Assembly: GCA_037447115.1 (NCBI GenBank)
Contig: JBBIHH010000001.1
Coordinates: 178,797 to 242,796 of the forward strand
Length of the DNA: 64,000 nucleotides
DNA from: Acidobacteriota bacterium
GTDB lineage: Bacteria > Acidobacteriota > Polarisedimenticolia > Polarisedimenticolales > JBBIHH01
Direction of reading: 5' to 3'
In this document: one piece after another, positions 25,727-32,020 of the stretch
Position numbering within the stretch: position 1 is the stretch's first letter
Layout: each line of letters starts with the position of its first letter
Made by a program: the position numbers and the translations under genes
The notes under the pieces: generated by a model
What the model saw: the letters and a program-made list of their open reading frames with translations, nothing else
What the model was told of the DNA's origin: nothing
The model's database searches: none

Positions 25727-28335
25727 CGGGAGGCGACCCGGGGCCCGTCCCATCGCCTCCTGTCGGGCGTCCTTCGGAGGCGGCGGACAGCCGCCGTCTT
25801 CTGGTCTCGCTTGTTCTCGTGCGGCTCCGCCCGCTCTGGCCGTGGATCGTCCTCGCGCTGCTCGTCCTTGCCGGCTGGGACGAGCTGCGGGGTGTCGATC
25901 TCGGAAAAGTGCGCCAGCTCTTGCGGGACACCGATCCCGCCCTGCTCCTCGCCCTTCTTGCCTCGACGTTTCTCAACCTTTCCGTGGCCGGCTTCTACGA
26001 TGTCGCGGCCCTCGGACCCCCGGGCCGGGCGCCGGGCGCGACCTTGCGCTGGCCCGTCGGGGTGCTGAGCTTCGCCTGGAGCAACTTTTTCACGATCGGT
26101 CCTCTCGCTGGTCCGGCGCTTCGCCTCTGGCTTTACAAGCCCCTCGGTGTGGACTCCGTTCGAGCCCTCGCCGGGGTGAGCTCGATCCAGGCGACGTTCT
26201 GGCTCACGCTCCTCGGCTGGTGCGCCGCGGTCTCGCTGCCGTTGCCTCGGGGCCTCGATGGACCCGTACCCCGCATCCTCGCGGCCGTTCCGCTGCTGCT
26301 GCTCGTCGCCCTCGCCCTTCGAGCGATCCCGAAGCTCGGCCGGCTGCCCGAAGCGGTGCGCGTCTGGGAGGGAAGCCCCTGGGCGCTCGCGGCGATCGGG
26401 GGCGGCGACTGGCTGCTCGCGTGGATCGTCTTTCACCTCGCCCTCGGCGGCTTCGAGGGAAGCGTTCCTCCCGCCCTGTCGCTGCGCGCCTTCTTCCTCG
26501 GCCAGCTCGTGGGCCTCCTGAGCCTGATCCCGGGCGGCCTCGGCAGCGCGGACCTGTTCTGGGGGGTCGTGCTCGCCGGAGCGGTGGGGGGCCGCGACCG
26601 CCTGATCGCGGGGCTGCTCCTCTACCGCTTCGTCTACTACGTCCTGCCGTGGGCCTTCGCGACGGTCGCGATCGCGGGCCGGCTGCTCCGGACCGGCCCC
26701 CGCTTTGCCGCCTTCGTCCGCTCGGCAGTGGCCTCCTACGCGGTCATTTCCGGGTCCGTCCTGCTCGCGAGCGCCGCGTCCCCTGCGCTCGCCACCCGCG
26801 CGGCGTTTCTTCACCGCACGGTTCCCCTCGTGGTCGTCGAGATCTCCCACGGGCTTTCGGTCCTCTTCGGCTTCCTGCTGCTACTGATCTCGCGGGGCCT
26901 CGCCCACGGGTACCGGTCGAGCCAGCGCCTCGCGGTGGCGCTATTTCTTGCGGGAGGGCTCGCGAGCTTTCTCAAGGGTCTCGATTACGAAGAAGCGGTC
27001 CTGGCCCTGTCCGTCGCGGCCGTGCTCCTCGTGTTCCAGGGGTCGTTCACCCGGCAGGGAACCCTTCACCCCTCGCTCGAGTTCGCGTTGTCGGTCGGCG
27101 CGTGCTCGATCGTGCTGTTCGGCGCGGTCGGGCTCGGTTCCTATGGCGCCCTTCCCGAGCTGGCTTCGATCTTCACGCGGTTCGGGGCCCACGCCCAACC
27201 GGAGCGCTTCCTCCGGGGATTGGCGATCCTGTCGGCGATCGTCGTGATGGTCGCCATCCACCTGGCGCAGCGGACTCGGGCGGTGGAGCGCCTGCCCGAC
27301 CCGGAGGACGTCGAGCGGGCGCTCGAAGAAGCTCGCCTCCTGGCCCGCACCACGAATCCGCTTCTCGTCGCCTCGGCCGACAAGGCGATCTTCCGGACCG
27401 GCCTGGCCCCCGAGGAAGAGGGCGAGCTGCGGCGCAAGGCGGTGCCGGGCTTCATCGCCTACCGGGCCTCCGGCCCCTTCCTCGTCGCGTACTCGGATCC
27501 GGTCTGCCCGCGAGGGGCCGAGCGAGACCTCCTGGCCGCCTTCCTCGATTTCGCCGAGGAGCAGGATCGGGACGTGGTCCTCTACCAGATCTCGCCCGCC
27601 CTGATTCCCGTCGCCCACGACTTCGGCTTTACCTTCTTCAAGCTCGGCGAGGAGGCCCTCGTGGACCTGTCGACCTTCACGCTGCGGGGAGATCGCTGGA
27701 AACATTTCCGCAACGTCGTCAATCGCATGGAGAAGGCCGGGGGTCGCTTCGAGATCCTCGAAGGGGAAACGATTCGGGCCGCGCTGCCGGAGCTGCGGCA
27801 GGTGTCGGACGCCTGGCTTCGGGCGAAGGGGGCTTTCGAGAAGCAGTTCTCGATCGGCAGGTTCCAGCAAGCCTACCTGTTGCGCTTTCCCTGCGCCGTC
27901 GTGCGGGACGGGACGGGCCGCGCTCTCGCGTTCGCCAACGTTCTCGAGGGAGCGCGCGGGGAAGAGATCTCCGTCGACCTGATGCGGTACCGCAGCGAGG
28001 ACGTCATGGACTACCTGTTCGTCCGGCTCGCGGAGTGGGGGCGCGAGCGAGGCTTCCGCCGGCTGAATCTGGGCATGGCCCCTCTGGCTGCGGTGGGGGA
28101 GGGCCGGTGGGCGCGTCCGTTCGAGCGGCTCGCGCGGTTGCTGTTCCGCCACGGGGAGCAGTGGTACAACTACCAGGGGCTTCGCCGGTACAAGGAAAAG
28201 TTCCATCCGGCCTGGGAGCCGCGCTACATGGCCTACCGGAAGCCCTGGCAGTGGCCGCTCGCGGTCGTCCATGTGGCGGTGTTGATCGCAGGCGGCTGGA
28301 AAGCGGCGATCCTCCCTCGAAAGGCCGCTCGATGA
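25702..28335 (+). CDS. mprF: bifunctional lysyl-phosphatidylglycerol flippase/synthetase MprF
   Basis: 877 aa from ATG 25702 (GGAGG SD). It has a multi-TM N-terminal half. The C-terminal synthase domain reads ..GFIAYRASGPFLVAYSDP.., ..KHFRNVVNRMEKAG.., ..FSIGRF.. and ..YNYQGLRRYKEKFHPAWEPRYMAY... Confidence 0.9.
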   Translation: MAPGDRSLTGGDPGPVPSPPVGRPSEAADSRRLLVSLVLVRLRPLWPWIVLALLVLAGWDELRGVDLGKVRQLLRDTDPALLLALLASTFLNLSVAGFYDVAALGPPGRAPGATLRWPVGVLSFAWSNFFTIGPLAGPALRLWLYKPLGVDSVRALAGVSSIQATFWLTLLGWCAAVSLPLPRGLDGPVPRILAAVPLLLLVALALRAIPKLGRLPEAVRVWEGSPWALAAIGGGDWLLAWIVFHLALGGFEGSVPPALSLRAFFLGQLVGLLSLIPGGLGSADLFWGVVLAGAVGGRDRLIAGLLLYRFVYYVLPWAFATVAIAGRLLRTGPRFAAFVRSAVASYAVISGSVLLASAASPALATRAAFLHRTVPLVVVEISHGLSVLFGFLLLLISRGLAHGYRSSQRLAVALFLAGGLASFLKGLDYEEAVLALSVAAVLLVFQGSFTRQGTLHPSLEFALSVGACSIVLFGAVGLGSYGALPELASIFTRFGAHAQPERFLRGLAILSAIVVMVAIHLAQRTRAVERLPDPEDVERALEEARLLARTTNPLLVASADKAIFRTGLAPEEEGELRRKAVPGFIAYRASGPFLVAYSDPVCPRGAERDLLAAFLDFAEEQDRDVVLYQISPALIPVAHDFGFTFFKLGEEALVDLSTFTLRGDRWKHFRNVVNRMEKAGGRFEILEGETIRAALPELRQVSDAWLRAKGAFEKQFSIGRFQQAYLLRFPCAVVRDGTGRALAFANVLEGARGEEISVDLMRYRSEDVMDYLFVRLAEWGRERGFRRLNLGMAPLAAVGEGRWARPFERLARLLFRHGEQWYNYQGLRRYKEKFHPAWEPRYMAYRKPWQWPLAVVHVAVLIAGGWKAAILPRKAAR

Positions 28336-29882
28336 AACGGAGCGGCGGCTGGCTCCTCGTTCTTCTCTCCGGAATCGCGCTCGGCTCCGGTGGCGCTGGC
28401 TCTGCCCCTGTGCTGCGACCGAGACGGGGGGAGGATTCCTCCTTCGGGACCGGAGCGATCGTGGAGAAAACGGTCGGGGTCCCTTTCCTGGGCGCCGTGA
28501 GGGCGTACTGCCCCGCGAGCCTCGCCCGGGCCCGAGGAGTCGTGCTGTTTCTTTCGGGCGACGGCGGGTGGAACCTGGGCGTCGTGGACATGGCGCGCCG
28601 GATCGCGCCGTGGGCCGTCGTCCTCGGCATCCCGCTGCCCGCCTATCGCAGGCTCGCCGAGAAGGAGCCGGGCCGGTGCTGGTATCCGGCCGGGGAGCTC
28701 GAGGCGGTCGCCCGGGCGGCCGAGAAGGCGCTCGGCTTCCCCCGATACCTCGAGCCTGTCCTCGCCGGCTACTCGTCGGGCGCCACCCTCGCCTACGGAG
28801 TCCTCGCCCAGGCTCCCGCAGAAACCTTCGCGGGGGCTGTGAGCCTCGGCTTCTGTCCCGATCTCGACGTGGCGCGGCCCCTCTGCGGCCGCGAGGGGTG
28901 GCGGCCCCGTTACGATCCGAAGAAAAGAACGAGTCTCCTGCCGCCCCGGGCCGATCTCGGGAAGGGTCCCGGCGGCGCTCCGCGCTGGATCGTCCTCCAG
29001 GGGACCGTGGACCAGGTCTGCGCCCCCGAGAGCACGGCACGGTTCGTCCGGGACATTCCCGGGGCGAAGATCGTCTCGCTCCCGAAGGTCGGGCACGGTT
29101 TTTCGGTTCCGCGCAACTGGGCCGGCGCTTTCGATGAAGCGGTGGGGGAGCTCCTGCGCGAGGCGATGGAGCCGGGAGCGGAAAGGGCGTCGCCCGGCTT
29201 CTCGAGCCCGGCGGAAGGTGCTGCCGCTTCCCTCGAGCGGAGGCTCCAGAGGCTCGATCTACCTCTCGAGGTCCTGTGGCCTGCCGAGCCCCGGCGCGTT
29301 CTCGTCTTCGTTTCGGGCGACGGCGGCTGGGCCGAGATCGACCGGGCCGTCGCCGCGCGGCTCGGGGCGAGCCGGACGGCGGTCGTCGGCTGGAACGCGC
29401 TCCGCTACTTCTGGCAGGAGAAAACGCCCGAGCGGTTCCTCGCGGACCTCGCCCGGCTGCTCGACGCGCTGCCTCAAACGGCGCCGGTGTTCGCGGGCGG
29501 TTACTCCTTCGGAGCGGAGGTGCTGGCGGTGAGCTTCAGGGGCGGGTGGGCGAGCGGCCTCCCGGCGCTGCGGCGCATCCGGGGCCTGGTGCTCCTCGCG
29601 CCGGGGCCGTACGCAAGCTTCGAGGTGAGCCCTCTCGACTGGTTCCGGCGGGGTTCGAAGCCGACGGGCTTCTGCGTGAGCGATGCGGTCGAAAGGGCGC
29701 CCCTTCCCGTGCTCTGCCTCGAGCCTTCCGGCGACAGGGAGACGGGCTGCCCGGCGGGGGCCGCCCCGCACGTCGAGCGGGCCCGCGTCGCCGGGGGGCA
29801 CCACTTCGGCGGAGACTTCGACGGGGTCGCCGCCCGGATGCTCGCATTCATGGAAGCTCGGGAAGAAAACACCACCCGGTAG
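28332..29882 (+). CDS. two-domain AcvB/VirJ family protein (lysyl-PG hydrolase-like), secreted
   Basis: 516 aa. The ATG overlaps the mprF stop (ATGA). A signal peptide is present. There are two VirJ-like repeats: ..VLFLSGDGGWNLG.. ..LAGYSSGATL.. and ..VFVSGDGGWAEID.. ..NALRYFWQEKTP.. ..AGGYSFGAEV... Confidence 0.85.
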   Translation: MKRSGGWLLVLLSGIALGSGGAGSAPVLRPRRGEDSSFGTGAIVEKTVGVPFLGAVRAYCPASLARARGVVLFLSGDGGWNLGVVDMARRIAPWAVVLGIPLPAYRRLAEKEPGRCWYPAGELEAVARAAEKALGFPRYLEPVLAGYSSGATLAYGVLAQAPAETFAGAVSLGFCPDLDVARPLCGREGWRPRYDPKKRTSLLPPRADLGKGPGGAPRWIVLQGTVDQVCAPESTARFVRDIPGAKIVSLPKVGHGFSVPRNWAGAFDEAVGELLREAMEPGAERASPGFSSPAEGAAASLERRLQRLDLPLEVLWPAEPRRVLVFVSGDGGWAEIDRAVAARLGASRTAVVGWNALRYFWQEKTPERFLADLARLLDALPQTAPVFAGGYSFGAEVLAVSFRGGWASGLPALRRIRGLVLLAPGPYASFEVSPLDWFRRGSKPTGFCVSDAVERAPLPVLCLEPSGDRETGCPAGAAPHVERARVAGGHHFGGDFDGVAARMLAFMEAREENTTR

Positions 29883-29938
29883 CACGAGTGCGCCCTCGCG
29901 TCCTTCTCTCCTTCGGGTTCGCGGGCTTCGCGATCCCG

Positions 29939-29958
29939 GGCCCCTGCGGGCCGGGGCC
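29939..29958. terminator. GC hairpin between convergent genes
   Basis: GGCCCC - TGCGGGCC - GGGGCC lies between the VirJ stop (29882) and the radical SAM stop (29964). Confidence 0.3.
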
Positions 29959-29963
29959 GGTCT

Positions 29964-31319
29964 TCAAGCAGGCTGCGAGGAGGGAGGCCGCGGCCGAAAC
30001 ATCTTCGGGGTCGGCATGCGGGAGCGGACCTCCTCGAGCACGTCCACCGTGACGCGGCCGATGCCGCGCTCGCGGCAGTACGCCTCGACCGAGCGGACCA
30101 CCATGCCGCGCACGAAGGCGGGCACCTGCCCGACCCTCTCGCCGGGCCTCGGGCTCCCTGTCGAGATCCTGAACGAGGCGCTCGCCGTAGCGACGGCGGG
30201 CCGGAGAATCTCGCCGGCATCGGGGAACGTGCCGGGAACGTGCGTGCACAGGGGGTCTTCGGCGAGGAAGTCTCCCGTCATCCCGTACGCCCGGGCGCGG
30301 CAGCCGCCGCAGGCGCCTCGCAGCTCGCACGCGCCGCAGCGGCCGCCGAGCCCGCCCCGCTCCCGGATCTTCACGAACGGCTCGGACCGCTCCCAGATCT
30401 CGCGCAGTCCGCGGCTTGTCAGGTTCCCTCCGAAGACGGGAAGGTACGGGCAGGGCGTCACGTCCCCGTTCGGCCGGATCCCCATGTAGTGGGTTCCCGC
30501 CGGGCAGCCGCCCGCCCCTCCCGCGTACGCCTTGAGGAAGCCGGATGCCGGCTCGCGCTCGAACAGGGTCCGCACGTAGTGCGGGGCGCACTTGGCGTTG
30601 ACGAGCATCCGGCCGGCGAACCGTTTCTGGATCCCGTAGAGCTCGAGGGGCACCCGGTCGTAGTCGGCCGGGCTCATGTCCGAAACGAACTCGCCGCGCC
30701 CGGTCGGGACGAGGAAGTAGAGGTTCTACACCCGCACCCCGAGCTCCTCGCACGCGAACCGGGCGACCGCCGCGAGCTCGGAGACGTTGTGCCGGCCGAC
30801 GGTCGTCTGCACGATAAAGGGAAAGCCGGCCTCGCGCAGGATCCTCGCCCCCTCGACCGTGTTCCGGAACGCCCCGCGGACGCGGCGGAAGGCGTCGTGG
30901 CGCTCCTCGTCCAGGGCGTCGAGGGAGAGGGCGAAGCCGCGGACTCCCGCTTCCCCGAGAACCCGGGCGAGGTGCTCGGTGATCTTCACCCCGTTCGTGC
31001 CCACGACGACCCAGAGGCCCCGCCCGCGGGCGTGCCGGATGATCTCGAGGAGGTCGCGCCGCAGGAGGGGCTCGCCCCCGGTGAGGATCACGAGGCAGTC
31101 GGGGGCGAACCGGGCGATCTCGTCCACGATGGCGAGGCAGTCCGCGGTGCCGAGCTCGCTGCGGTCGGCAAAGGCCTCCCGCACGGCGTGCGCTTGCGGG
31201 CCTGCGTCCAGGTAGCAGTGCTCTCAGGCGAAGTTGCAGCGGTACGTGAGGTTCCAGGAGATCACGTACGGGCGGTCGAGGGCCGCCTTGTCGATGGCGG
31301 GAGGGGATGGCTCCTTCAC
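29964..31319 (-). pseudogene. radical SAM / SPASM enzyme with C-terminal PCP_red-like domain, single frame interrupted by TGA (31226-31224) and TAG (30728-30726); pseudogene or recoded gene
   Basis: Three ORF-track pieces (31224-31685 tail, 30726-31184, 29964-30677) are in one frame. The sequence reads ..ISWNLTYRCNFA-[TGA]-EHCYLDAG.. ..LTGGEPLL.. ..VVGTNG.. ..ELGVRV-[TAG]-NLYFLVPTGRG... The SPASM region reads ..GCPAGTHYMGIRPNGDVTPCPY.. ..CGACELRGACGGCRARAY... The tail reads ..VPAFVRGMVVRSVEAYCRERGIGRVTVDVLEEV... GTG 31319 overlaps the upstream stop (GTGA). Confidence 0.75.
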
Positions 31320-31498
31320 ACTCCGAAAAACCCTCGAGCTTCCTCGAGCACCTTCTCGTCCATCCGTTCGTAGCCTCGCTCCCGCGCGAACCGCTCGATT
31401 CCGGCCCGCGCCATCGGCCGGACGAACTCCGGGACCCGTTCGAGACGGCTCGCCGCTTCCGGGGCCCACGGGATCTCTCCCGGCGAGCTCGCCGCCAT
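31316..31498 (-). CDS. small stand-alone PCP_red-like (BchB C-terminal-like) domain protein
   Basis: The sequence is MAASSPGEIPWAPEAASRLERVPEFVRPMARAGIERFARERGYERMDEKVLEEARGFFGV. The start is uncertain and could lie further upstream in the same frame. The stop overlaps the radical SAM start. Confidence 0.55.
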   Translation of the reverse strand: MAASSPGEIPWAPEAASRLERVPEFVRPMARAGIERFARERGYERMDEKVLEEARGFFGV

Positions 31499-31663
31499 CG
31501 CCTGGGCGACCTCGGCGAAGGGGCAGCCGGAGCTCGGCGGCTTCGGCCCGGGCTCCTCGGCCGGCGGCCCGATCCGCACGCCGAGCGACTGGACGAGCTG
31601 GGTTTCGTGAGGATTCGTGAGCAACGCGATCCGGGTCGAGCAGGAGGATAAGAGGAGAGGAGA

Positions 31664-31774
31664 GAGGATAGGTGTTTCCATCCACGCAACCCAGGCCACT
31701 GGACCGCCCCGGGCCTCGGCTCCCGTCCGGAACGCCCCGATCCTACCCCCTTCTGCGCCTCGAGGGGGGAACCC
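31664..31774. repeat. copy B of the about 110-bp direct repeat
   Basis: Same orientation as copy A, with the core 31664-31749 at 80/86 identity. On the plus strand it is preceded by a 30-nt polypurine run (31635-31665). Confidence 0.85.
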
Positions 31775-31798
31775 CCGGGACCCTGTTCGAGCGCCCAT

Positions 31799-31900
31799 CC
31801 GCATCCGGAAAATCTGCCACGAGCTGTCCCCATGGCCTCCCGTGAAGTCCGCCCGCGAGGTAAACGCGATCAGGGTGCCGTCGGAGGAGACATCCGGAAG
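31799..31900 (-). pseudogene. possible PD40/TolB-like beta-propeller repeat remnant
   Basis: A short translated stretch ..LPDVSSDGTLIAFTSRADFTGGHGDSSWQIFRMR.. resembles a single PD40 repeat. No credible start or full-length gene is present. It abuts repeat copy B. Confidence 0.25.
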
Positions 31901-32020
31901 CGACGAAGGCCGGCTCCCGCTGTGCGTCCGTTGCCTCAGACCCGTCCCGCGCGTTCCAGAGCGAGCGGGCAAGCCCGGCGCCCGCCACCCGAGACGAGCC
32001 GGCGGGCGCCGTTCGAGACG

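Noticed and set aside
25842-28331. The first 830 aa of the 1346-aa ORF 25842-29882.
   Set aside because: This part is out of frame with mprF and has an Arg/Pro/Gly-rich composition. Only the part from ATG 28332 (the VirJ-family protein with a signal peptide) is credible.
30726-30728. In-frame TAG codons (here and at 523-525) read as pyrrolysine or as a reassigned or suppressed amber codon.
   Set aside because: At least five confident neighbouring genes terminate in TAG at sensible protein ends. No pyl genes or methylamine methyltransferases are visible. The flippase with the other TAG also needs two frameshifts. Nonsense mutation or error is the simpler explanation, although it cannot be fully excluded without the whole genome.
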